From the NCBI RefSeq assembly GCF_004010195.1, contig NC_057718.1, positions 52,050,522-52,114,521 on the forward strand: a DNA stretch of 64,000 bases, in the 5' to 3' direction. The stretch comes from Chiloscyllium plagiosum (taxonomy: Eukaryota). The number at the start of each line of letters is the position of its first letter. The first letter of the stretch is position 1. The position numbers and the translations under genes are program-made. Below the pieces are notes generated by a model that did no database searches, was not told where the DNA came from, and saw only the letters and a program-made list of their open reading frames with translations. This document shows, one piece after another, positions 49,027-61,585 of the stretch.

Positions 49027-50010
49027 TATACTACAAGCCTCCAATTAGCCAGCGAGGACATAGAAGAGAGAATATGTACACGGATTTTGGAAAGATATAA
49101 AAAAGCAGAGCTGTTGTGGTGGGTAGTTTTAACTTCCCCTATATTGACTGGGACTTACATTGTGCCAGGGGCTTGGATGGGGCAGAATTTGTAAGGACCA
49201 TTCAGGATGGTTTCTTGACACAGTATGCTAACAGTCATATCACAAAGGGGTTTTAGGAAATGGGCCCAGCCAGGTGTGCGAGGTTTCAGTAGGCGAGCAT
49301 TTTGGGAATAGTGACCATAATACCGTGAGTTTAAGACACTCTTGGATAGGGATAACAGCAGTCCTCGGGTGAAGATGTTAAAATGAGGCAAGACGAGCTA
49401 CAACAATATTAGGCAGGAAATGAAGAATGTTTATTGGAGACAGCTGTTTGAGAGTAAATCTGCATAGGACATGTTGGAGTATTTCAAACGGCAGTTGATA
49501 AGAGTTCAGGAGTTGCACATTTCTGTATAAATGAAGGAAAGGTATGGCAAGTTACATGAACCTTGGATGACCAGGATATTGCAAACTCAGTCAAAAAGGA
49601 AAAAGAATCATATGTAAGATCAAGGAGGATGGGAACTGATGAAGCCCTTGAAGGATGTAAGGAAAATAGGAAATAACTTGAACAAGGAATTAGAAGAGCT
49701 GAAAGGGACGTGAGAAGTTGTTAGTAAACAGGATTATGGAGAATCCCAAGGCTTTTTATATATATCTAAAAAATAAGAAGGAAATCAGGGAAAAGGTTTC
49801 AAGGACAACGGAGGGAATCTACGTGTAGAGCCAGAATAGGTAGGTGAAGTCCAAAGAGAAGGAATTGTTGGAGGATGATCTTGGGTAAGGGAATGTTGAA
49901 TTTCTAATCCAAGTAGATATTAAAAAAGTAAGAGATGAGTGCATCGTAAAAAGTATTGAGGGTGATAAGTCCCTGGGTCCTGATAGGATCTATCCCAGAA
50001 TATTGAGGGA

Positions 50011-50128
50011 AGAGAAAGTGAGGACTGCAGATGCTGGAGATCAGAGTCGAAAGTGTGGTGCTGGAAAAGCACAGCAGGTCAGGCAGCATCCAAGGAGCAG
50101 GAGAATCGACGTTTTGGGCAAAAGCCCT
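50011..50128 (-). mobile_element. PLE terminal repeat (family A) in CR1 ORF2
   Basis: agagaaagtgaggactgcagatgctggagatcagag...gacgttttgggcaaaagccc; no TSD visible. Confidence 0.85.
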
Positions 50129-50618
50129 TGCTGGAGCACTAACAGACATCTTTGTATCCTCTTAGGCTACAGGTGAGGTCCTAGAGGACCGGAGAATAGC
50201 CAATGTTGTTCCATTATTTAAGAATGGTAACAGGGATAATCCAGAAAATTACAGGTCTGTGAGCCTCATGTTAGTGGTAGAGAAATTATCGGAAAAGATT
50301 CTCAGGGACAAGATCTATACATATTTAGAAGCAAATGGACCTATTAGTTATAGACAGCGTGATTTTGTACAGGGGAGGTCATGCCTCACTGATTTGAATG
50401 AGCTTTTAGAGGAAGTGACGAAGATGAGGATAAAGCGATTGATGTTGTCTACACGGACTTCAGTAAAACCTTTGACAAGGTCCCTCATGGCAGACTGGTA
50501 GAAAAGCTGAGGTCACATAGTATTAGGAGTGAGCTGGCAAATGGATACAGAACTGGCTTAGTCATAGGAGAGAGAGGCGGAAGGATGCTTTTCGGAATCC
50601 ATGGCTGTGACTAATGGT

Positions 50619-50641
50619 AGGAGAAAATGAGGACTGCAGAT
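50619..50641 (-). mobile_element. 23-bp PLE terminus micro-insertion with 15-bp TSD
   Basis: gctgtgactaatggt at 50604-50618 and 50642-50656 flank aggagaaaatgaggactgcagat. Confidence 0.8.
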
Positions 50642-52316
50642 GCTGTGACTAATGGTGTTCCACAGGGATCAGTGTTAGGATCTCTGCTGTTATTGAACTA
50701 AATAAATGATTTGGAGGAAAACATTGCTGGTCTAATTATTAAGTCTATGGAGGATACAAAGGTTGGTGGAGTTGCAGATAGTGAGGAGGATTGTCAGAGG
50801 ATACAGCAGGATATGGATCAGTTGGAGTCATGGGCAGAAAAATGGCAGATTAAGTTTAATTTGGACAAATGTGAAGTGATGTATTTTGGAAAGTCAAGTA
50901 CAGGTGGCAATTATATAGTGAATGGCAGAACCCTTAGGAGTATTGATATGCAGAGGGATCTGGGTGTACAAGTACACAGATTACTGAAGGTGATAGTGCA
51001 GGTAGGTAAGGTAGTAAAAAAGGTCTATGGCATGCTTGCCTTCACTGGAAGGGACGTTGAGTATAAGGACTGAGAAGTTATGCTGCAGCCTTATAGAACT
51101 TTATTTAGGTCACACACAGAATATTGTGTACAGTTCTGGTCACTGCACTATCAGAAGGATGTGGATGCTTTGGAGAGGGTACAAAAAAGGTTTGCTACGT
51201 TGTTGCTTGGTATGGGGGATTATAGTTTTGAATAAAGGTTGGATAGACTGGGTTTGTTTTCACTGGAATGCAAGAGGTTGAGGGGTAACCTGTTTGATGT
51301 TTATAAGGTTGTGAATGGCCTGGAGAGAATGGAAAGTATGAGACGTTTTTCCCAGGGTGGGGAGTTTAAAAGAGATATGCAAGGGAGGTTTTTCACACAA
51401 AGGGTGGTGACGCCTGGAACATGCTCCAGAGGAGATGGTGGAAGCAGACACAACAGCAGCATTCAAGAAGCACCTGGATAAATACATGAATAGGAGGGGA
51501 ATAGTGGGATATAGATCCTGTTCAGTGAAGACTTTTAGTATGCAAGGGCAAAATCTGCCAATGCAGGCTTGGAGGGCTGAATGGCCTGTTCCTTCTGCTC
51601 TATTGGTCTTCGTTCAAAAGACAAAAAAGAACCATACTACTCTTTTGCATTCTAAATTTCTGACAGGTAAAAGCTTGCCCTAACAGCTTTTGATATGACA
51701 ATCTGACTTTCCGTCAATCCTGGCCGTTTTCTAAAAATTGGTGGTTTTAGCACTGAGGGAAGAACCCCATTGGACAATCTTTGCCAAACGTCTGAGGCCA
51801 TGGATCTCTGAAAGCTATGAGTTGTGGTGTTTATCAATTACAAAGACAGTTAATGAATTAGTTACTGATTACAGTTTTCTGGTAAACAGGTTTAAGCCCT
51901 AACTAATTAACCTTTTAATTATATTTTATATTGGGTTTTCTTTAAGTGATGTGACTGCACATTGATGTGAGCAACCAACATGTAAATTTGCAAATTATTT
52001 TGTGTGTCCTAACCAGGGTAGCCTACTCTGACTGATGTATCCTGTTGTATAAGTAATCTATATCACTGTTCATCTTATTGTATGAACTCCACGTGATCGC
52101 TCACTATAAGGCTGATTTTGTAACAAAATCCACTTTCAGGCTAGGGATCGACAGGGCTTGCTTGATCTAATATGGTAGAAAAATATCATTCGGTAGTCTG
52201 GCAAGAAGAGCCTCAAAAAATATGTCGCTTATCACTTGATGTAAATTTATCGTTCTGTATTTTTGATTGTGGACTGAAATAGGAAAATAACTATTTTAAA
52301 GCCAAAGTTTGCTGAA

Positions 52317-52630
52317 GTGGCAGGGTAGCTCAGTGGTTAGCACCACTGCCTCACAGCACCAAGCACCCGGGTTCAATTCTAGCCTTGGGTGACAGTGTGT
52401 GTGGAATTTGTACATTATTTCCATGCCTCATGGGTTCCCCCCATTTGCAACGGTTTCCTCCCACAATCCAAAAGCGAGGTGAATTGGCCACGCTAAATTG
52501 TGTGGGTTAGGCCCATTAGTCAGGGGTAAACATAGGGTAGGGGTCTGGGTGGGTTACTCTTCAGAGGGTCGGTGCGGACCTGTTGGACCAAAGGGCCTGT
52601 TTCCACACTGTAGGAATTCTAATTCTAATC
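52317..52630 (+). mobile_element. HE1-like/V-SINE, full length
   Basis: tagctcagtgg A box, gggttcaattct B box, V-domain, (TTCTAA)n tail. Confidence 0.85.
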
Positions 52631-53154
52631 ACTATATGTTATTGGAAAGCAAATAACCTGACACTCTCTGTAGTAACAATTCAAGCAGTAGTAGGAAAAA
52701 GATGTAGATGAGCTGGAACTGTGTGTGTACAAATGGAGAGTCATCCAACACCAAGTAGCTGATTGGTCTATAGACTAGTGACCAAGTCAAAAGGACAAAG
52801 GCCTTCCACTGCTAATAACTATGTGACAAATAACTGAACAGCCTGGGGTCTGAGCAAGGTCAAGAGAAGTGAGCAGATCTCCACTGGCTGAGAAGCTCCT
52901 TTGTTATAAGCCACTTATGTTTGAAGAAAACCAATACATTAAATGCTGTAAACTGTGATGTTTAATTAATAAATCAGAGACCTACTTATTAGTGTGAAAC
53001 AGTCACGCTATGCTTCCTGCAAACCAGTGATAGCAGTCAGACAACCAAGACTGAGGAAGCATTGTAAGTAGCACAAGAACAATCTAAGAAAATTGTGTGA
53101 ACAGAAACAAACTGCTTTCTGAATCTTTCCTTCACTCTGCTGCACTCCTTTTAT

Positions 53155-53525
53155 TTGTGTGTGTGTGCGCGTGCATGCGCATGTGTGTGTCTGTGTATAT
53201 GTATGTCTTTGTATGTGTGTGTGTGTGTGTGTCTTGAGTCTATAGAATGTGTGTGTGTGAGTGTGTGTGTGTGTTTGTGTGTGTCTGTGTCTGTGTGTAT
53301 ATGTCTGTCTGTGTGTCTGTGTGTGTGTAAGGGTATGAAGCGTGAGAGTTTTAATTGGTCAAACTATATGCTGATCATACATAATCATTGAACTTTAGCT
53401 TGAGTCTATAGAATGTGTGTGTGCGTGTGTAAGGGAGTTTATGAAGAGTGGGAGTTTTAACTGGTCAAGCTATACGCTGATGATATATAATTATTGACCT
53501 TTAGCTTGAGTCGAGAGAATGTGTC
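53155..53525. repeat. (TG)n microsatellite with ~100-bp tandem duplication
   Basis: cttgagtc(ta/ga)(ta/ga)gaatgtgt recurs at ~53233, ~53399 and ~53505; unit aaggg...ttttaa(t/c)tggtcaa...ctttagcttgagtc occurs twice. Confidence 0.85.
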
Positions 53526-53829
53526 TGGACAACAGTCTTACTTCTTTGAGATCCCAAACCAAGTCTGTATGGCATCATCATAGTTTGTGATTCTTAATAC
53601 ACTTCTCAGCATTAATCCTTTCAGACCCTTTCACCCTGATGCAACATTTTTCATGGAGGTTTCATTATACAACCTCCCAATAGCTTTGTATGGGCAATTT
53701 CAAGATTCCTGCTTATAATAAGTTCGCCAAATATTTTTTTGAAGAATTTTCTCCACAGAATCTCCAGTAGCGACCAAGTGGTTAGTCTTCAATTTCTGGA
53801 GACACCAAAGCATTTCTAGAGGTTTGACA

Positions 53830-54190
53830 TCCAAGCATAAAAACTAGCAGCAGGAATGAACCCATCCAGCCCCTCAAATCTGCTCTGCCATTCATGGCTG
53901 ATTTTACTGTAACCTTAAATCTGCATTCCCGCTTCCCCCAATAACTCTGTTAACATAAATCCATCTATTCTGCCTTGAATATATTCAAGAACTCTCTTCC
54001 AAGTGTTGGAAGCAAAGTTCCAAGTTTCACAGCCCTGTGGCAAGGAAGATATTGTTGGTTTTCTGTTTAGAATGGGTGACCCTCGAATTTTTTTTGAAAC
54101 AATAATCCCTAGTTCTAGAATCCCCGATAAGAGAAAACATCCTCTCCACATTTACCCTCTCAAAACTCTTCAGAATCTCACATATTTCAA
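53830..54190 (-). mobile_element. CR1 3' end
   Basis: catccagcccctcaaatctgctctgccattc tail; rev MWRGCFLLSGILELG. Confidence 0.7.
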
Positions 54191-54979
54191 CCAACCTTAA
54201 ACATCAAGTCAGCAGCAGTTGGAAGATTCTGAGACCAGTGGTCAAACTCACAACTACAAGCCTCAGGGTAAAAACTCATGCCTATTTGAATTTAGCCAAG
54301 AAAAGGTACACAAGGTTCATTTTAAGGATCTTAATAAACAAATGACAAATTCTCACATTTTATTCATGTTTCATTTTCAAGAGGCAGTGCAAAATAAAAT
54401 TACAGTCCTTTACTGTTTTTAGTAGTGCTACTAAGTTGGATCTTTTTTTTGCTAATATTAGTAAAGAGAAAAAAAAGTGAGTTATATTCAAGTGTGTGTA
54501 TTAGATTGCCTGAAGTTTCTGATTCCTTTTGACTATTCTTCATGAAAGATTAATCGACACATGGGATGTCATCTAGATTAATTTTGCCCAACTCAAATAT
54601 TTGGAGAACCAATGTGTAAACTCCAGTAATTTCACTGGATTCCCTTTAAAGAGAACAAGAATGTTTTGTCATAGTTGTGCCTATCATGCGGTCAAATGTA
54701 CTTTTCATATCATCGGTATGAAAAGTGTAAATTTGCCAAACCACTGACGAAATGTTAAAACCAATGTCACTCTACAGCATCAATAAATCTCGCCCCATGA
54801 AATTCGAGTTGATGTGAGAGTGCAGCTCTCACTCTGCTTTGAGAAAGGGTATGTGCTACTCTCATCTCTATTCGAGCTACTGACCCCATTGAAATATTTC
54901 TCTTTTCTGAAAAAGATTATGAAACATCTATAATGAGTTATGATTTAATTTCAATATAAAAACTTGAAAAATACAAATT

Positions 54980-55670
54980 AAAAGCAGAAGCGCATCATTT
55001 GGGTCTCCTCTGCCATTTGATAAAGTCATGGCTGTATTGTGATTAGAGCTTCATCTCCATTTTCCTGCCTCCCGAAGGTACCTTTTCACTCCATTCAAAA
55101 TGGTCAGTGATTTTGCCTCCATTACTCTCTGGCAATGACAGTTCCATCGATTCGTGACATAGAGAAAAAATAAATCTTCTCCTTTCCATCTGAAACAAGT
55201 CCCCCCAATTTTTAAGTTGTGTTCCCACATTCTAATCTCTCACACAAGGGGAGCCAATCTGTCAAGCCCCCTAAGCATATATTTCAAAAAGGTCACCTCT
55301 CTTTCCTCTAAACAGATACAGGTCAGATCTGATCAATGATACCTTATCAAATAATGCTGTTACCCCAAGAAATGCTGACAACACAATTATGTCCTTCCTT
55401 AAATAAGGAGACTAAAGTTATCCTCTTGAAGAATTCGCACATTCATCAAAGCTTGTACAAATGTAGTGAAACATCTCCATTTTTCGATACAATTCTCCTT
55501 GCAATAACTTATACTTGACCTTGCTAATTACTTGCTCTATGTACATATTAATGTATTGTGATTCAAATACCAGGACCTACAACCCCACCCCCAACAAGTA
55601 GCTCTGGTCTAGGAATTCTGCAATCTCACTCCATTTAAATAATGTGCTATTTCTATATTCTTCCTGCCTT
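54980..55670 (-). mobile_element. CR1 3' fragment, decayed
   Basis: Tail ctctgccatttgataaagtcatggctg; rev FQMERRRFIFS. Confidence 0.6.
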
Positions 55671-58600
55671 GAAAAATATGTAAGTTCTCTTGTGATAAAG
55701 ATAGTCCATGGATAACTCAAAATAATAGAAATTGTTTCCTGTTTGAAATTTATTTATGATGTTTCGACTTCTACATTAATCCTATCCACATGTTCAATCT
55801 TTATTTCTCTCTCTTATCAAACTTTGAAAAAAGAAGTTAGTGTTTGCTACAATTTGGTTTGATGTTTATTAGAAGTTTTCAATATCATTAGTTGTTTTAT
55901 GTGGTTGAAGGTATTATTGTTGCTAGACACCAGAGATCCTCTGTAGCTGTCATCAGAATTAATATTGTGTAATGTAAAATCTAAAGCTCGATTGCCAGAC
56001 CTTTAAGGACAACTTTCTTTGAAGTCAATGATCAGTGATATCATTGGAGACTGACCACAAAATCCTGAGCATGATTCTTACTTGCCAAAGAATTCTCCTA
56101 GCACTGTATTCATGTCAGGTGGAAATATTTTATTCCTCAGTGCCATCCACCTAAAGCTGATTAGAACTGGTAATTATGAGATGCATTTGATGTTGCAGCT
56201 TTACTGAGAGTCTTTCAAACATCCTTTGTTCAAGATTGCACCTCAAGGCATTTATCTTTCTCTTTGTATTCTAAAGTGCAGTTATTTTGCCCTCACCCAA
56301 ACTGATGCACTTGCTTTGCCCCAATATTCAAAAGCTGCTCCTCAGCATGAAAAAGGAACACACTCATAGCATTCAGTATTTTTGGACTGTTACTATCACA
56401 GTAAAGCTGCACAAAGTACTCGGAGAGCTTAGAAATCTGGGAATACAACTTATGCACCACGTGGGAAATTTTCTTCAGCACTAACTTGGGAAACCTTTTG
56501 TTTTTAAGTGCAATCGTTTTTACACTACAATTTCCAACCGAAGCTTCAAGTATAAGGAACATGGAAATGTCACAGAAACATACTGTCAGATTTGATATAA
56601 ATTATAATCGAGTGATAAAATGCAATCTTTAATGTCTGGGCAATTTTCAGCACCATAAATATTATTCTTTTTAATCTCAAAATAAAATCATAGACATCAA
56701 GCACACTTTCACGCAAAGTAAAAATATTCAAAAAGCATAAAAGATCATGACCAATAACTTTCTCACATTTATCATATCCTAGTTATGCTAATTCTTCAGT
56801 GAAACATTTATTCAAAATAACTGGGAGGATAAAAAGTTATTTACAAATTCATATTATTTATGAGGAAGTCTTAATTTTATTCTGTTTAACTTAATATTGT
56901 GCAATAGTTCTAAATTATAATTAAACTTAATTTAATGATCTGAAACAAAAAAAACAAACTTTTTTGAGGTATGATTATTATATTAATTTATTAGCATACT
57001 CCATTGGTTAATTAAATTACAAAATTTTAAAATAATGCAAATTCAAACCCAAAATTTCATAGATTCTACTTGCAGAGCTTTTCATTGTGTATTTAAAACA
57101 AAAATGTCATTGCTTAGCATTAATCTCTTCGAACCATTTCATTTACCCTTCAAATTTGAGAGTAAAGCCTTATTCTTTGAGGAGCTGGATCTATGTCTGG
57201 GGCTGGTGATAAGCCCTGGCACACAGACAGAAATCAGCTTTCTCTCAGATGATCATGCAAAGACTGCCAGAAACATTAATATTACAAAGAAAACTGTTTG
57301 CGCAGAATGAAGTTTAGACATGAGCACCTATGGTAAGCCAAAATGAATCCTTGAGATGTGAAAGAGGTATGACAGTATAAAACAATAATTTTAAGAAATG
57401 ATATTGTCAAAAGTAATTTGGTTTTAGTTGGCCCTTGAAATGAATAATATTGAAACATTTATTCTCCTTCAAATTCATTCACTATCAGAAATGCCAAAAT
57501 CTTTCCACCACAGTTCTGAACTTATTTAATAGATAAATAGATTCTCTTATTGAGCAGTTCAAAACCGAATAAGTTAAATTTGGGAAGCTTATGACAAATA
57601 ACAAGATTATTGATTTGAGGCATATTCCAGGTGCATTCTGATTGACCCTGAATTTCTTCATTCATTGGTACAACAAGAGTATAACTGCCACATTGTTTTT
57701 TTTAGGAAATGTATGCATAATTAACTAACCTCAATGCAACTCCCAAATTTCAGTAGGACCAATTTTCTTGAATAATTCATGCTATTTTCAAGAATTACCC
57801 CAAACCATCCTAAACCAATAGACAGGGCTCTTATTTATATGTAAAAATAAAAGATTGTTTTAAAAAGTAAGTTTTCTGCAATCATACATGTTCAAAAGAG
57901 GCAAAAATGCATATTGCAATGTTTAGGGATAACATATCCCCACCTGACCAAAAATGGACCAAATGAGCAGGCGCAGCCACAGAACAGATGTCATATATGA
58001 TTTCTAGGTGTTGCTAATTGTCATTGTTTCGTCTTGTATCTCAAATTAGGTTAACTCAAACAAAATGATCCAAGCTGACAATGTTTACACCACAGTAGAT
58101 TTGCTTCATATTGGATTTTTGCAGTGACTAACAATCAAGTGTGTTAGTTCATCATCATTACACCAGGCAGCAACTTCTGGAATCTGCACATATTCAAAAT
58201 AATTTGGAAATCCAGAAATCCTTGCCACAAATTCAATAATTTTCCAGAGACTATGCTGTTCGGGTGCTCCCAAACTGTAATCAATGAGCTGATGAGAATC
58301 GTTACCTTTCAGTTATTATTCAACTTTTAAAATAAAACCTGAAGGAAGTTACATTTGTTGAAGGAGGTGCGATTGGTATTGCTAACATAGTTATTGCTAA
58401 CCATCCTCACCAGTCCTGAGATGCTAATTTTTTTTAAATCATGTGCAGGCTGTTCACATTCTCCAGGATGACAAAAGGTTCCTCATAGTACATTTTAACA
58501 AGCTATCTTAATTTTCTATTAATTTCCAATCCAATTTTTTAATCAGATGTCTCACTGCCTGAAAGTTTAAATTAACAGCAAATTATGTTTAAGGCCAGAT

Positions 58601-59314
58601 TTTGTTAAGACAGGAAGAGTCTGCAGACTTTTGCAAATGACAGGTGAGACCCATATACTGAAGTGATGTTCCCATTTCAATCCGTGTTTGCTGGTGGAAG
58701 GAAAATTGGGCAGTATGAATCATCCACAGGGAAGGAATGAAGGGGCATGGAAGAATGGAGTGTGTCAAAACGTTTTCTCTCAAGCAAACAGTTGTAACCC
58801 CTTTGTAAATCTCAAGTAAAATATTTGATTAAAAACAACCTTACATCTATTGCCTTCAAAACAGCACACATATGGCAATATTTTCTTCCAATCCACTCTG
58901 TCCAGAATCCTCCTGATTTTGAACAGAATTTTCTCTCTCCAGAAGACGCTGGTTTCTAACTGGGTGAGTACATTGCCATCAATCCTTCTTGCTGGTGTCA
59001 GTGTAAGTTACTGATACCATGTAGAGAAGGATACCCATGCAAATTCTTCAGCAGACATAGGATCAATAGATTTATTACATATTACATATCAACCGGTGCC
59101 TTGGGCGGAACCTTGTCAGGCACTGAGCAATGTGGGCACTGATGAGAGAGTTGAGAATGTTAGTGAGGAAGTTCCCATCATTGAGAGTAAAAAGTCCCAT
59201 TTTTAAACCAAATGTTAAACTCACAAGGGAGCGGCGAGAGGTCGACTTGCATTAGCATACATGAACAACATCATTATTACATCACCTTGCCTCATTTATA
59301 CAAGGTGATAATTC

Positions 59315-59772
59315 CCAACAATTTCCAGGAATGAGAAATAACAGCTAGGAGGATAGTTGAAGAAGTTTGCAATGTTGCCCTTGGAGAGAAGAAGGTTGAA
59401 AAGAGATTTTATTGAGGTTTTCAAAATCATGAGTGGGCTGGATGGAGTAGATAGGGAGTGGTGGTTCCCACTCCAAAAAGGAAAAAAGAACAAGGGGGCA
59501 TAGATTGAAAATGATGTGCAAATGCAGGTAGGTTGATTTGAGGAAGATCTTTATCATGCAGTGTGTTTTGGGGTATGGAATGCATTGTCTGGAAATATGG
59601 TGGTCACAGCTTTGATTGAGGAATTCAAGGGGGCATTGGATGACGATTTAGATAGAAATGGTGTGCAAGATTATGGGGAAAAGGTAAGAGATTGGCACTA
59701 GGTAATAGAACTGGTACAGGCACAATTGGCTAAATGGCTTCCTTCAGCACCGTAACAGTTCTGTAATTCTGT
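59315..59772 (+). mobile_element. CR1 3' end
   Basis: LERRRLKRDFIEVFKIMSGLD, tail ggctaaatggcttccttc...ttctgtaattctgt. Confidence 0.8.
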
Positions 59773-59804
59773 GAACATGAAAGCCAGAGTCGTTACCTGG
59801 TAAC

Positions 59805-60974
59805 TCCAGCTTACCGCTTGCTCTTCCATTTGTCAGCATCTCTAAACTTCCGTCTCTGTAACGAGATCCTCGATGTACTAACCCATAGACCGCAATCAGT
59901 AAGAATAGATGACATCTCTTCCATCATAATCCTCAACATCATTGCACCGAAGGTCTGTGTACTCACAGTGTCTTTCCAGATACTCATAAATCCTATCCCT
60001 CAGTACCCTTTCCATTACTTTGCCTACCACAGAAGTAAGACTAACTTCTTCCATCATAATCCTCAACATCATTGCACCGAAGGTCTGTGTACTCAATCCC
60101 CTGCTATATTACCCACACACTCACAACTGTATGGCCAAATTCTGCAGTAACTCCATTTACAAGTTTGCTGATGACATCACTGTTGTAGGTTAGGTCTCAA
60201 ACAATGACGAGACAGAATACAGCAAAGAGACTGAGTGCTTAGTTGCATGTTGTATAGGTAACAATTTTTTTCATCAACATCAGCAAAACAAAGAAGGTGG
60301 TCATTGACTTTAGGAAGCAGAGCAGAGGGCACTTCCCTGCCGGCATCAATGGAGCTGAGGTGGAGATAGTCAAGGGCATCAAGTTCCTGGTAGTAATGAT
60401 CACCTACAATTTGTCTTGGCCACCAATGTTGATGTGATGATCAAGAAAGCACAACAACACCTCTATTTCCTCAGGAGGCCGAGGAAATCTGGCACACAAT
60501 TTTTAATGATGTACCTTAAAAAGCTTCTTATCTGGACACATCACAGTGTGGTATGGCAACTGCTCTTCGTAAAATCGAAAGAAACTAAGGAGAGTAACCA
60601 GCCTTCCATATTGACTCCATCTATACTTCCTGCTACCTCGGAAAAGCAACCAACACAATCAAAGACCCCTTCCACCCCAGTTATACTCTCTTCCATGCTC
60701 TTCCATTGGGCAGAAGATAATAAAAGTTTGAATACAAATAGATTCAAGAACAGCTTCTTCTCCACTGATACCAAAGTTTTGAATAGACATCTCAAATGGC
60801 AATGTTGATCACCCTCTCTATACCTTCTCTGCAGTTGTAACATCACATTCTGCACTTTGTTCTTCTACCCTTATGCACTTTGTATGGTATGATCTGCCTG
60901 CATAGCACACAAAACAACACTCTCATTCTATCTCAGTACATGTGACAACAATAAGTCAATCAATCAATCAATCA
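59805..60974 (+). mobile_element. Rex1/Babar-type LINE 3' fragment (RT) with (CAAT)n tail
   Basis: ILDVLTHRPQSVRI, APKVCVL, YKFADDITVVG, KTKKVVIDFRK, KKAQQHLYFLRR, TNRFKNSFF; ends aataagtcaatcaatcaatcaatc. Confidence 0.85.
59966..60046 (-). mobile_element. 81-bp internal CR1 RT fragment between 49-bp direct repeats
   Basis: Minus peptide VSLTSVVGKVMERVLRDRIYEYLERH; repeats at 59917-59965 and 60047-60095. Confidence 0.85.
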
Positions 60975-61585
60975 CTTGCATCACACATTTAGCACAACCA
61001 CCAGGTCCTCATGAGCAAATTAGATTGCCAATTTCCCTCTGTCCAACATTTCTAAGGAAAATAGAATGCACCTTGCAGGACAGCCGTGGACAGCTAATGC
61101 ATGACCATGTGCATGCTGAGACTTAAACATGACGCTGGCACCAGGAATCCTGGGAAGTCCCACCAGTGACCAGTGCTTCTACCTGTAGCAAGCCAGAGAA
61201 TATGATAAGTGATGCCACAAGGGAATGATACACAGGCAATTAGAGATATTTGTGATGATATCATGAGAAAACCCACGAGAGCTCACCAGAGAAAGCGCCT
61301 CTGTGAAAATCACCAAAAAGGACACCGCCAATTTCTGGTAAAATGCAATCCATTACATGTGAAACAAATGGCAGTTTCATGAGAGTAATTCAGGAACAAT
61401 TTAAGATGAAGTAACGTTAGTTATAAGAGCAGTCATAGAAGCACTATACACCCTCTGGTTAACACATGTCGAACTCATGGGACACACACAGTGAACAGGT
61501 CAGCTTTTCCTTGGAACAACCCTTACTTCCTGATGGTTAGAGCTTATAATGTGATGTCAATTAAATCTTTCAGCTACTGCCTTAT

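Larger units (their letters stand above)
46462..51610 (+). mobile_element. Near full-length CR1 LINE: ORF1 (Zn finger plus SGNH esterase-like), ORF2 (APE plus RT), 3' tail; decayed and interrupted by four PLE-derived insertions
   Basis: ORF1 MAGEFLIIVCSSC...CEKC, GDLIIR, CLHGA...HGGTN; ORF2 CVNARSI...ETWL, GGGVVLLVK, YYKPP, NSDHN, NYRSVSL, VPQGSVLG, MEDTK, FFTQRVV. Confidence 0.92.
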
